NCBI RefSeq assembly: GCF_964204645.1
Contig: NC_134027.1
Location: 5,116,485 to 5,180,484 of the forward strand
Length of the DNA: 64,000 bases
Direction of reading: 5' to 3'
Source of the DNA: Tubulanus polymorphus
Lineage: Eukaryota > Animalia > Nemertea
Part shown: one piece after another, positions 12,684 to 47,020 of the stretch
Layout of the letters: the number at the start of each line of letters is the position of its first letter
How positions within the stretch are numbered: position 1 is the stretch's first letter
Notes under the pieces: generated by a model
Databases searched by the model: none
The model's input: the letters and a program-made list of their open reading frames with translations, nothing else
What the model was told of the DNA's origin: nothing
Translations under genes and position numbers: made by a program

Positions 12684-13092
12684 TATGGTGTTCGTAATGA
12701 CAAAATGATTACTTGGAATTTGCCATCAGAACTAAAAACAATTTTAAAGGTTTTGTTGATTGTTACACTATACGTGTGTTGGAGTTTCCATTTCTGTTAC
12801 TCGAATAAATGATCATAAAATCAATCTCTGTCTGCATTAGATTATTTTTTATACAAACGGTAGGCCCCTAATTGACTGATATGAACCCAGAATATCTAGC
12901 ACCAGATATAAAAAGCATGATCTTTGTATATAGTCTATCTATATAGTACACGTAGATGGTTTGTAACTCCCCGTCGTAAGTCGCCAAACTCTCGACCGCG
13001 CAATACGAGCAAATGACCGGGCCTTAGTCCGGTCCGTTGCACTGATTTTGGGACTCGAACTCAACCAATCGGCCTCGTACAAAAAATTGCAA

Positions 13093-19689
<6,597 letters not shown>

Positions 19690-22600
19690 TAAACTTGTTT
19701 ATTGTATGTAGTAAGATATAACAGGACTTTGATTGAATATTAATCAAAACACATTCATGCACGGGGCATTTTATGATACGGTGTATTCATAATTTGGGTA
19801 GTTTTCTCCTAGATAGTGATCCTGTGGGAAATAAGTAAGGCAGCATTTTTCAAAATCCTTGTTCACTTATTTTATTTTGAGGACTGACTGGCCTGTTGGG
19901 ATTGTAGAAATGCAATTATGTGTGAATAAATTATATATAGATATAGACAATAATTGTGCTTACGAAATGTTAAAACAATAGTCATACTCGACTGTTCTGA
20001 AGAACATTCCAGACTTTCACAATTGACTAGAAGAGCTTCTTAAACTCCAAGGGGTGATTGAGTATGGTTTTGTTTGTACATATACATTTATGAATTCATT
20101 TGTATTTTAAATAACATTGTATCTTTTTAAGTAGCTGAAAACATGTATTTGACTATTAATGGCTAATGCGTAGATATAGGTCTTAAAGGGTAGTCATTAG
20201 TTCAATTAATGTACCGGTACCGTACCGGTAATTTCTTTTTTTCCGAATTTCGATACATTTTCGTTTCTGTGTTTGTAAAATACCAGTGTAATACCAGTAT
20301 AATCAGGGAATAAAATCCATTGTAAAATTTAATGATTGTGTGTGTGTGCGTGTAATGTACATTGAAGAAATGTGATTTATGTTTTGTTTTGGTTTCTTTT
20401 TGCACAGGTTGCAGACCTGGTCATCTATCTACCAGTCGCTGTGTGCGTTGCTCGTTTCATTCATGGCTGAACATTTGGTAATACTCTAGAGAAGGTTTTA
20501 TCATTACAAAATCGATGATAAATTGTTATTGCAGGATGTTGTCCAATCCCTCTGGACACAATGCATTCAGGTACTTGCATTTGAAATGTGGAGCTGCATC
20601 TAAATACTATTTTAATCCATTTTATTTTTTACCTTGTGATTTCTGCTCGTATGCTGGTCCAGTTGGGTTGGTACAACTTACTTCGAGGTTCTATTTAATA
20701 TGTGTGACATTAACAGTAGTACATTGTACTCTTTGACCGAAATCTTGAATTTGACTCTGAGAATTTAAACGCTAGGATAACCTAACACAGTCACAGTGTT
20801 ATGCTGTTTTAGGAGCTGATAAAGGTTTGTAAGGATGGAAGAACTACATTAAAAACAGAAAACCAGCAACGCACCTCAGATCTCTCCAATTTCCTTTGCA
20901 ACATTACTTGCTGAATTCATTGTACTATGTAATCTTTCATTTTTCTTTTTTCCATGTTTACCAAAAATCTCAGAACTTGGGAGCCTACTTTCTAGCAGCG
21001 CAGTTATGCATATGCATAGAATCGAGTTGATCTGAATAACAGCGAGACAACTAAGGGTATAATATAATAGTTCAGACATTTGACATATAATTGTTCAAAT
21101 GTTTTCTTGATAATTTTAGAAAAGATACAGACTTAACATATCCATCTTATTTTACATTCTTAATTTTGGTTATGAGTGAAATTGTGCATTTCAATATCTA
21201 GGAAATATCACTCATTTTTGCAGGGTTCTTGGCTCTCATATGCAGAGGAATTACTGTCGTTTAAAATGGACAACTGATATTCAAGCTGATCAGAAGGTAT
21301 CCCGAACATCTGATGTACAGATTTAAACCGTATATTTTATTCATATTACAGAGTCCCAGAAAATTTATATCCACGTTATGTTATAACACACTACATCCAT
21401 TGTAGTTTCAGAATAAAGAAGAAATTACAGTGTACATGTATTTTATTTCGTCTAGTTTATTTGCGCTTGGTTTGGGGAATTTTAAGGATGGTCAATCAAC
21501 ATACATCCACACTATGATGCTGTAGGGACTCCATTTTTTCTATTGCGTATCTTTGTGCTTACTTTTCACATTTTGTCCTGAAGTGCTAATATTTGACTGA
21601 AAAGCTGTTAGTGAGATGTTTTGTCACAGCTCGTTCTTGTGATACTGTTTGGTCAGTGCATTAACATTGGCAATCAACATGTCCTAGCACACGAATGACT
21701 AGTTAGATTTATTGGTGTCTTAATATCCAAACCGGGCAAGTGCAAACTTCTCTAGCATGTCTAGAAGAATTGGCACATTAATTACGTTATTCGCAGAGAC
21801 GAGATGGCTTAAGATCTATTTTCCCTTAAATAAAGTCTTTACGTTGATAGAATTATTTATTTAAAACGATTAAGTGTTGAATGACGATTAAAACGTGGCT
21901 AAGAAAAATATCTGCATTCCTCGCATGCCACAAGTAAGATCACCGTTCAGTGCTGCCTCTATGACTAACGATAGCGGAATTTCTGTGAACTAATATATAT
22001 TGCGGCGCTAATTGAATTATAATACTACGAATCTGTCCTTAATTTCAAATGATACATCCATATTTTTTAGACAATAACAACCTATTTTTTTTTAATCAAA
22101 ACTCTCTTACTCGATTATCATCAATTTATAAGGATTTTATATTATTTCAGAAATAAACTATTCATAGTAGTATCGGTAAACGAGTATCATATTAGTTAAC
22201 GTTTTCACCGCTATAGTAATATATAGGGGCAGCACTAGACAGTCGAGATCTGACTTCGCTATTTTACTGCGGCGGGCCGAAATTCATCATCAGACGCTTA
22301 TGCTTTATTTGATGAAATGATTCTCTTAGTTAATCAAAACTTTGAAGGGCCAAGTGGCCACACAGATTAAGTGTACGGGTCTTAGGGTCCGTGGTTTGTT
22401 ATGATTTGAAATAATTCAATTTCATTTAGTTACTGCGGGTGGTATTCACTATAAGGCTGAAAAATTGCCACTTTTTCCGCACCAAAAGTGCATAATTCCT
22501 GATGCATTTTTTAGCCTTGAATTAAACAACGGCAGCAGCAGCATTTGCCTTAAAAACCTTAAGAATCTACAAAATTAACGGGCAATGAATCGAAAAAATT

Positions 22601-22893
22601 TAACGGATTTAAAACCAATTTGGTTTCCACGGGCAGTGACGTATCGGTGCTTCAAGCATTAACAACAACAACAAAATTGACAAACTCTCTTTTTTGACAA
22701 AAGAAAACTGAGTACATATAATAAATACATCATGAAGCTTACGTGAACATGCAAATTCATATTTGAGAAGTTAAACGCATTTAACGAACAGAAAACTACC
22801 GGTATCTTTATATAAAAGAAAAGTATATTTAAAGCTTTTGAGAAGTGACTCATTTACAAGAATCAAACGATACTAGTACATGTATAATACACA

Positions 22894-23284
22894 GGGCTGT
22901 CCATAGAAGACCACACAAAAGTATGGAAAATCCGACCCCCGACCCCTATGTCCACATAAAATCCATATCAGCTTGACACCCCTCCCCCTTGTCCGACGGA
23001 CAGTGGACCTTAAGTTTCACACTCGATAAAGATTTGATGCAGCATGAAAAATCTTTACGTATTTACATTTATTCCCTTAACCTGGCATAAACTTATAAAG
23101 TTCTGGTAACTAGTCATAGGTGATTTATTTACTTTTATCCACAACAACTAGTGAACGATGTCCCTTTCAAGATGGACATCCATAAATGGACATCCATATC
23201 AGAGGACCCCCCTCCCTCCCCCTTGTCCACAAAAGTAAAAAATCTAACCCCCCCTACAGCGTGGATGTCTTTTAAGGACGGCCT
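22894..23284. mobile_element. Degenerate Harbinger/Tourist-like MITE just downstream of the TLR stop
   Basis: Imperfect inverted ends gggctgtccatagaagac.. / ..gtcttttaaggacggcct; internal C-rich accccctcccc motifs like the MITEs at 40927 and 59608. Confidence 0.55.
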
Positions 23285-23334
23285 CTAACAAAAGAGAATA
23301 TTACAGAATTCAGAAAATGCAAGGTTTATACGGT

Positions 23335-25908
23335 TTAGGTTATTTGGCTGTCCCGGAGAGGTACTCGACTACCTAACTTATTTTCCATTCTAGTTAGGAA
23401 GACCCCTTGTTGGTCTCGATCTTGATCATTCCACTCTAAATGATCACCCTTTTCGAAGGAGCGCTGCAGTGACTTAGGAATATCATTCGCTGTTAGTGGC
23501 TCCAATGTTACAATAACTATACTGAAATCGCGTTCAATCGATTCATCAACCAGGAAATATAACTCCATTTCACAGCGAGCACTCTTAAGATAGTCCTTGG
23601 TCAGAATAACAATACCCCTTGGACTACAATTAACATGGGTGGTAATACTTTTAGTAACGGGTCCCCCTTCTGTAAAATCTCGTTTGCCAAAACATAAATC
23701 ATATTTGCCGTTGTATGTTGTATCGCTATCACCACTTTCACGAATGCGTGGACCTTTGTCAAAGTGCGGTAGCAAAGTTTCCTCAATCCAAGTTGTGTCA
23801 CGTTCGGACTTATGACAATAAGAAATAAAAGCTGTCCAACATAAGTCTTGACCTATTATGGGTTCATATTCAGCTGAAACATGTAGTTTTCTTTTAATAC
23901 GATAAAATCGTAACTTGATAAACCACCTGTATCGATAGGAAGTGAACATAAGAATTACTATGATCAAGACCCCACCGGCTACTGAGCTCGTTACAATCTG
24001 TATCAGGTTACTTGAACAGTTGATTGAATTCGGGTCAAAATCCAGTAGTCTTTTGCCATTAAATTTCGGCGGAGATTTGCAAGTGTATTTCGGCAAATTG
24101 AGGAAATGGATTTTACTCGTGTTCAACCAATTCCTGAACCAAACCAGGTCACAAGTACAAGCAAAAGGATTGTTTGTTAGGTCCAACGTGTCCAGAGTGT
24201 TGTTTAAATCATGCATGGATGACCCATTGAATATAGATATCGAATTGTGTGATAAATCTAGGGTTTGAAGTTGCGCGTTCTTGTGAAATGCAGCATCTCC
24301 CCAATGTGTTATATAATTTAACTGGAGTTGAATTTCTGTAATATTTGGCATACCAGAAAACAAATTGTTATTTATAACCACTATATTATTATCAGCTAGT
24401 TGCAATTTTTTTAATGAACGAAGACCGGTAAATATCCCACCACCAGTGTCCGATGACAATGACTCCCCTAAATCATTATGTTCAAGATTCAATGTTACAA
24501 GACGATTAAGATTACTAAAAGAGCCAGCTGGGATGTGTGGGCACTTATTTGATGAAAGGTCCAAGAATTCCAATGATTGAAGTTTTTCAAATAATTTATT
24601 AGTTGGAAATCTTAATGAGTTGTCTTTCAAAATCAATTTCTTCAATCTACGTAGTGGGCTGAATGTTAGAATAGCAGCTCCATCAATTTTATTGTCTGCT
24701 AAATCTAAAATTTCTAAGTGTTCTAATCCAGCAAATGCATTCTGGTATATTTTTAAGATGACATTTTTTTCTAAAAATAAATTTTTCAGTGATTTCAGTT
24801 GATCAAAAAGTTGGTTTTCAATCTTTGTTATTTGGTTTCCTGCCAAGGACAGCCAATTCAAAGTACTGGGTAGGTAGATGGGAATTGTTGTCAGTGAATT
24901 CCAGCCAAGACTTAAGGTGTGCAACTTTGATAATGGTTTGAATGTGTTTTGGGCAATATTGCGAATTTGACACTTAACTAACTGCAAAACCGTAAGCCGA
25001 GGAATTGGACGGAAAAATGATTCCGGCAGTGCAACCAGTGGAGTATGTGAAAAGATTAATGTTGTCAAAGGTGTCTCCTCAAATGACTGAAACAAATCAA
25101 AAGGAACTGTTGTAAACTTTCCAAGACTGAGCCCACCCAAATTTAATGATACCAATGGCAAATTGGCTATGTCTGATAATATTGTCTTTAAGACAGTTAC
25201 ATTAAACAAATTATAAGGCAATTTTAATGACTTTAGACTGCTGAGTTGGGAAAATGCCCCTTTCTCAACAGACTTAACCCTTGCACGAGATAAATCAAAT
25301 ACCCTGACTGTACCTAAGCCTTCTAAATCATTCCTATGCAAAACATCGATTTTATTATTACTTAACACAAGTGTTGACAGTTTCTTAAGTTGCTCGAACC
25401 CTTGAGGAAAATTTAACCGAGTAAGTCTGTTACCTTCCAAACCTAACTTCATCAAATTTTTACACTTCATTAAATTAGGGATTTCTGTCATTCGATTCTG
25501 TCCCATCAAAAGAGTTTTCAGCTGAGGAAGTTGGTCACAAATTATCGTATCATAATCAGTTGACTTCAACAGATTACCAGTCATTGAAAGCAACGAAAGA
25601 TTTTTCAGATCAGTAAAGGCAGCAGGATCTATACTATCGATGCTACATGATTTCATACTGAGCCTCTGCAAATTTGGAGCACTCACGAAAGCTTTTGCTG
25701 GTATCATGCCAAATGCATTTTTATCAAGCGTAATTTCTATGACATTGCTTGGAAATTGGCTCGGTATATTCACCAATCCTCTGTTTCGGCAGTCTACGAT
25801 AGTCAACGACTTCCTGCACTGACATTTCTGTGGACATGATTGTGCACCAGCGATCCATATTCCCACCAAAGTGATGAGGAGTAACCTCAGTAACAAAAAA
25901 GTCATCAT
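23335..25908 (-). CDS. Toll-like receptor, single-cysteine-cluster type, intronless CDS (857 aa)
   Basis: Signal peptide, LRRNT (CPQKCQC..VDCRNRGL), ~20 LRRs, LRRCT (NPFACTCDLVWF..YTCKSP), TM helix, TIR domain (AFISY, LC..RDF, S.RC.MEL, HLEW). Confidence 0.96.
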   Translation of the reverse strand: MMTFLLLRLLLITLVGIWIAGAQSCPQKCQCRKSLTIVDCRNRGLVNIPSQFPSNVIEITLDKNAFGMIPAKAFVSAPNLQRLSMKSCSIDSIDPAAFTDLKNLSLLSMTGNLLKSTDYDTIICDQLPQLKTLLMGQNRMTEIPNLMKCKNLMKLGLEGNRLTRLNFPQGFEQLKKLSTLVLSNNKIDVLHRNDLEGLGTVRVFDLSRARVKSVEKGAFSQLSSLKSLKLPYNLFNVTVLKTILSDIANLPLVSLNLGGLSLGKFTTVPFDLFQSFEETPLTTLIFSHTPLVALPESFFRPIPRLTVLQLVKCQIRNIAQNTFKPLSKLHTLSLGWNSLTTIPIYLPSTLNWLSLAGNQITKIENQLFDQLKSLKNLFLEKNVILKIYQNAFAGLEHLEILDLADNKIDGAAILTFSPLRRLKKLILKDNSLRFPTNKLFEKLQSLEFLDLSSNKCPHIPAGSFSNLNRLVTLNLEHNDLGESLSSDTGGGIFTGLRSLKKLQLADNNIVVINNNLFSGMPNITEIQLQLNYITHWGDAAFHKNAQLQTLDLSHNSISIFNGSSMHDLNNTLDTLDLTNNPFACTCDLVWFRNWLNTSKIHFLNLPKYTCKSPPKFNGKRLLDFDPNSINCSSNLIQIVTSSVAGGVLIIVILMFTSYRYRWFIKLRFYRIKRKLHVSAEYEPIIGQDLCWTAFISYCHKSERDTTWIEETLLPHFDKGPRIRESGDSDTTYNGKYDLCFGKRDFTEGGPVTKSITTHVNCSPRGIVILTKDYLKSARCEMELYFLVDESIERDFSIVIVTLEPLTANDIPKSLQRSFEKGDHLEWNDQDRDQQGVFLTRMENKLGSRVPLRDSQIT

Positions 25909-26050
25909 CTCCCTTTATTGCGAAGAGAAAACAAAAAAAAAACATTCCTTAAGATATTTCGATGTAGGAAATACAGCAGTGTACAGAGTCTAGCAGCATT
26001 GAACTACGTATATTGAGTTTATGGTAACTACAAGATATCGCCATCGTTAC

Positions 26051-26185
26051 CTTCTCATATGCCTGCAAGTCCCTAGTGCCAAAAAGGACTAGCCAGTAAG
26101 CTGTCTGTAGTTTCACGATCAGATATTTCCACCACAGCTTATATCATCTCGCTATTCCGGCGGATACTTGGTAATGGGGATTCCC
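26051..26185 (-). promoter_or_regulatory. Putative TLR core promoter: NF-kB site, TATA-like box and 5'UTR exon
   Basis: GGGGATTCCC (26176-26185) fits GGGRNWYYCC; TATAAG on minus strand 26143-26138; donor AAG|gtaacg at 26051/26050; polypyrimidine acceptor ..caataaag| at 25913 four nt before the ATG. Confidence 0.55.
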
Positions 26186-26229
26186 ACGTTTGTAACGCAA
26201 TGGATAGTTATAGCACTTGCACCCGATAG

Positions 26230-28500
26230 ATGGCGAAACTGTCAGAAGAAACTGTCCAATTACAGAGGAAGAGATTCGACTAGCAATTAAGTCATTGAAG
26301 AATAACAAAGCCCCTGGCTTTGATGGTATTCTGAATGAACACATCAAAAACTCGAACGATGACATGATGAGGATATATGTAAGAATATTTAATATCATTC
26401 TAGATTCTGGAGTAGTTCCGTCAGCATGGGTTCAGGGTTATATCATTCCTTTGTATAAAGGCAAAGGCGACCAAGGTGACCCAAGTAATTACCGCGGCAT
26501 CACAATTTTATCATGTTTAGGCAAACTTTTTACACTAGTTCTGAATAATCGTCTGAACAGTTTTTCCGATGAACTTGATCTCCTAGGGGTAAACCAAGCG
26601 GCCTTCCGAAAGAAATTTTCAACCGTAGATCATCTATTTGCCCTCAGAAGCCTGATCGACATATATCTAAGCAAAGGGCAAAGTTTTTATGCGTGTTTTG
26701 TGGATTATTCTAAAGCATTCGACAATGTATGGCGAGCAGCCCTATGGCGTAAATTACTTAATAACGGGATAGATGGCAAAATTATTAGAATTATTAGGAA
26801 CATGTATTCTTTAGCCGAATCCTGTGTCAAAACAAAAAACGGGTTCTCGGCGAAATTCTCATGTGAATCAGGCGTTCGTCAAGGCGAGAACCTCTCCCCT
26901 TTCCTCTTTGCAATCTTCTTACAAGATCTTGAGAAATATTTGCAAGACCACGGTTTTCTAGGATTAGATAACTTACACTTACTATCTACCTCAGAGTTTG
27001 TGCGGGGGTTGGGTCAGAAAATCAAAATGTTTCTACTCCTGTATGCTGATGACACCATTATATTAGCGGATTCGAAAGAGCAACTACAATTAGGTCTCGA
27101 TGCCATGTCTCATATTGTATTGATTTTAAACTATCAATAAATGTCAAGAAATGCAACATTATGGTATTCAGTCGCGGAAGAAAGAGAAACCCAGAACCTT
27201 TATTTAAATTATGTAATCAGACAGTTGATACGTGCCCGAATATTGTTACTTGGGTGTACTTTTTTCTTCAAACGGTAGTTTCAAAGCCCATATTAAGTGG
27301 GCGGCAAACAAAGGAAGGAAAGCGATGTTTTCTTTGTTACGGCAAGGTAGAAAACTAAGTTTGTCTGTCCCAACACTTATACACTTATTCAATTGTTTGG
27401 TCGTGCCAGTTATGACGTACGGATGTGAAGTCTGGGGGTTTGAAGACTTAGATGAGATTGATGCAGTGCAAACCAAATTTTACAAATATCTATTAAAGAT
27501 GAAAAATTCTACTCCATCAGTTATGGTATTAGGTGAAGTCGGTGAGCTCCCGGTGTCAGTGTCTATCCACTGTCGTATGGTTTGTTATTGGGCTAAAATG
27601 AAAAACGAAATTACGAAGAACAAATGGAATGTTATTTTTTATATGATTTTAGCTGAACTTACTGAGAAAGGGTATTTACAATCACCGTGGTTTTTAAAAG
27701 TTAAAGGTATTATTTCCCAATGCAACCTCCTTCACGCGTTCAATCAACTAAATGTATCGGAAAGTTTTATTAAAAGAACTGTTCAAAGTGTCCTCAAAAC
27801 TGCGTACATTAATTACTTTTGGAACGAACTGCATCATGATAAAAGGTGTTGCTTTTATAAACTTGCCAAAAAAGAATTTTGTTTTGAAACGTATCTAAAC
27901 TTGCCAGCCGATTTAGCTCTTCCTATTTGTTTTTTCAGAACATCAAATCTCTGTATGGATTCAATTAACTGCAGACTTTTTGATTTACCCGATTGCCTTC
28001 GTTCTTGCTCTTTATGTCATAATATCACTATCTTCGACGAGTATCATATATTTGCAGAATGTTCAATTTTAGACGAGTATAGACAACTAGTTTGGAACGG
28101 CCCCATCTCTTTTAAACTTATCTAAATTTGGAACCCTATTAAGTAGGTGTAACAACAAATCTAGATTAGGAATTTTTTGTAAAACGATTGTGAAACTTAT
28201 CAACCCTCGTCGTCATTTAAGGATCTAGAAACCCACTTCTTTACCATTCAGCCTTCAGGTCCATTGTAAATATATAAGTAGCTGTACATAACAACTTCAT
28301 TTTTCTTTGTATAGTGTATATAACATGTATTCTGTGTACAGCTGTTGTGTTCCTTTTTTCTCTGTCAAATTTTATTGATTATTCTATATTTTACGTTATG
28401 TTATACAATTGTAAATACTTCTTGATGTCCCTCTGTATACCTCTCGTTGAGGTGATGAGTGTAAATAAATTTCATTTCATTTCAATTTCAATTTCATTTC
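26230..28500 (+). mobile_element. 5'-truncated non-LTR retrotransposon (LINE, RTE-X-like), frameshifted
   Basis: RT motifs KAPGFDG, NYRGITIL, FVDYSKAFD, GVRQGENLSPFLF, LLYADD; frameshifts near 27113 and 27232; C-terminal CSLC..DEYH..EC zinc knuckle; AATAAA 28464 then (TTTCA/TTCAA)n tail; no endonuclease. Clade assignment is inference. Confidence 0.9.
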
Positions 28501-31500
28501 GTCTCTCCAGTCGTTCCTGAAGTTCTACCTTATTCAGCTATTTGAATGAGAATTAAACCGAAGAAACTTAATAAATTTATTTCAGAATAATATATTTGAA
28601 TTTTCATACAGTGAGGTATGATTCACCGTAAACTTTACAATTACAACAAAGATTGTGAAAGTGTAAAAATGGTCACTTTATACAGGAAAAAACTGACGAA
28701 CATCACTACAGATTTATCTGAATGTTCAGTATATTTGATAATAATATCAGTACATGACATTATATAACAATATTAACTTAAGTGCATTTCTGTTTTAATT
28801 GTCCCCACTCCTATTGGAAATGTGCATAACACTGTTACATATATAGTACCGATAATAAGAGCATGATAAGAGATTTTAGAACCTGTATAATACTCGAAGC
28901 AAGTTACATATGTATACTGATGTGGCATAGGGATACACAAGCTATATAAATTGTTGTATAGAGATTTCTGGAAAAGCTGTACCGTATGTCAACCTTGGAG
29001 GAATTTCATTCTGTTAATTCATTCCTCCAACTGTAAACCAATGCTCAATATATAGATTCTTAATTAGTTATACATGTATAATGCATATGCCAACTGTATA
29101 TTCCACAGAAGAATTGAATGCTACTCAGTACCAGAAGGATAACAACGACAAGAAAAGTTACCAGATTTAGTCTTCAGACAACAGATATTACAAATCCATG
29201 CTTGCATTAGTTTAGGGTAGACACATAATATGTATAGGAATCGGATTACTAAAAACAATATTATCGATCTATGAGTCCAGAAAATGTGACTGATATTTTG
29301 ATATGTTATTGTTACCATTGACGGAATGTTCATTTAAATCACTTGAAATCTTGAAATTTTTTCAAATAAATCCTTTTTAGGTTGGCTACATGACATATAT
29401 GTTACTGCTTTTATCAACCTACAATCTACAACTTTGAAAGATTACAGGCAAACTTGTATGGCTTTTGTTTCTATTCAGGTGCAATAAAAATGAAGAAATT
29501 GTGTTGGTTAGATGGTGCACATGTTACGTAAACATACATACACATTGTATGTCTTCCATTTAACGGTAAACTTTTACTAATAGGATAACATACAAAAAGA
29601 GAAAAACTTCATAATTATAACAAGATCCATTTTGTAAAACATCACTTCACAGACAATCACGCCAACAATGGAGACAAAGTATTAGGAAATTGTTTACTTA
29701 GTGATATGTCAACAAATCAATAAAATGTTGATGATTTTATGATCAAAAAGATTTTCTTATGTATCTTGAGTATTATCAATATTTCTTGACATCTTGTGAG
29801 TAACAAGCCCTTAAAACATGGGTGTATAATATCTTAATACATACATACAATAAACTAAAATAGAAACACACTTCAATTACTTTTTTTTGATAAAACATAT
29901 TGATGCACACGTTCCAACCACAAATACAATCAATTTTGCATAAATCGCATAAATTTCTTGACTTTTGGGACATCTACAAATGTATTCTTTCCTTATGCAT
30001 TCAAGGAAAAAGACAATCAAAATATTCTTTAACAAAAGTGTTGCTTACACAAATACATAGAGTTTCAATACTTGGAAACTACATACCAAATAGTAAATTA
30101 TGAAATTAATGAGAAATGATTTTTTCACTTCGAATTTCAAAATATTCTAAGTGTTAAAAGTATGATCACAACATAACGGCTTATTATACATGAAATCTCT
30201 AGTTTCGATTCATATATACGCATGTCAAATTTGACACTTTTCAGTCATCAATAAATAGTGCGAATATATTACAGTAAGGTGCAAGAAAACACAACATAAT
30301 ATAACACGCTGCAAAAAACAATTCGCTTTTATCAATTAGAAAAACTCATTAAAATTATAAATTCCAATTCCTCACACATAATGGATATGAAAGTGTCGAT
30401 TAAATAATTCTTAAATTATCGTAGTATTGTCAATGGATTACTACTGTAGTATCTGCCAATTTTCGTTGCTTTCAGTCTAGAGAATGTATATATACATGTG
30501 TAACCCTAGTTTCTGAGATTAAGTTATTGATCAATCTACATAACATGATCATCTAGTAAAATTTGTTTAGTTTAATGATTGTCAAAATAAAAAATGTGAA
30601 CCTTCTGATGCGTAGATAACTTCTTAAAATAAACTATAAACATAAATTCAAATTATCATCATATATCATACAATTTTATGTGTATAATGAAATCTATTAA
30701 TCATGAAATGAACTAAGAAAAAGATTTGAAGTTTTGGTTATGTTGTATAAATATTTTCTTCTCTAAAATGAATTCTAAATACTAGGTAAATAAAATCAGA
30801 TCTGTTTTTAATAAAACTACCAATAAACTAATTTTGAAGATTGAATTGGACAGCATTTTCAATGACGCTACTATCCAATGAGCAAGCGATATTGAAATAA
30901 CAACTCTCATAATATGTATACACTTAAGTCCTTAAACTTCAAGAGCTTATCCCCTGTGTAGTCATTGGTGGCACTGGTACGTACCCCCTTTGAAAAAAAC
31001 AAATAATGAAGCCATCAAAGAATTGAGATTATGAAGCATATCTTGTTAAGCCAGGCAATAAACTGTAGACACATAGCTTCAGGGGTTTCCACTTCAACCC
31101 ATTTGCTTTGAAGAATATCCACTGCACATCATAAAAGTGCATGCATGTACATTCATTCTAGGACATATATCAGATGTTGTAACATGTCATATTCAATTCA
31201 ATTCAATATGTTAATGCCTTAAACATTATGACATGCAGCAGGGCATTCTTGATGTTTCCATTCTAAAACAAGTTGACAGCAAATATTCATGAGAAAAAGA
31301 CTAAAGGACATATCTAACAGATGCCGCAAACAGTTTCTCATGAAAAGTAATAGAATGAGTCTTTTGACAGTTTGGCAATGGGATTTGTGAGCAAAGAATA
31401 TTGTTATACCTAAAGCGCCAAATGAGCAAAATAACATATACCTTGTATTGAGTATTTGAGACAGTATTCAATGGTTAATCTCCAAGAATCAGACTAGATA

Positions 31501-32054
31501 TTGAATAATTTTTTACTCAAGATTATCATGCCTTTAGGAGTATAACACCAATTAAGGAAAAGCCCAAGCACTTCATAAATACATACCACGTAATGCCAAG
31601 ATGAAACAATACAAAAACCATGAATCAGATCCTTTTTCAATGGCTTATAATGATTTCCAGGGTGTCATGGAATGAACTGTGACACAGTTCTAGAGTATTC
31701 ATACTTCTGAGCAACAAATAAGCCGGATAAGTAAACACAAGATCAGTTTGATAAAAATAAGTCAAGATACCGAATGAATACCAAGGTAAAATATTGCTTA
31801 AAATCATGGAGCTCATATTTTCTTTAGAAGGAATGTAAATTTCGTACTTTTTTTCTGAAGAAACTACATTTTAGAATAACCAAAATCTAGTAATATCTGA
31901 ACTATATGGGTATGAAAATTCATACTTTCATATTATCTAAACTATGATTATGAATAGAGACCAAATTTCTAAGCGTGATTATGTGAACTGAAATTCTACT
32001 CATCACTTCAATGTATGCATATAAAATATATCCATATGTATTTATTTTTATGTG

Positions 32055-32187
<133 letters not shown>

Positions 32188-32396
32188 TCTGGATTCGGCT
32201 GCTTCAAACATGCCCTGCTTGTCTTTATAGTGAGGTATCATATTGAGGCTTGAATGCAGATTCCAGTTTTGGCATCTTGCGATGTTGAATGCGTAAATTA
32301 GGAGCCAAATTTCGACCGTGGGTTGTCAAATACGGTAAATTTGCAATACGAGACGAGTTTTAAAGAAGACGATCTTTCAGAGAAAATGACGATCAT

Positions 32397-47020
<14,624 letters not shown>

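Noticed and set aside
23597-25822. Short plus-strand ORFs over the TLR, and similar antisense ORFs over PRP4K, the zinc-finger gene and the MYND gene
   Set aside because: Antisense shadows of long coding exons with no independent evidence.
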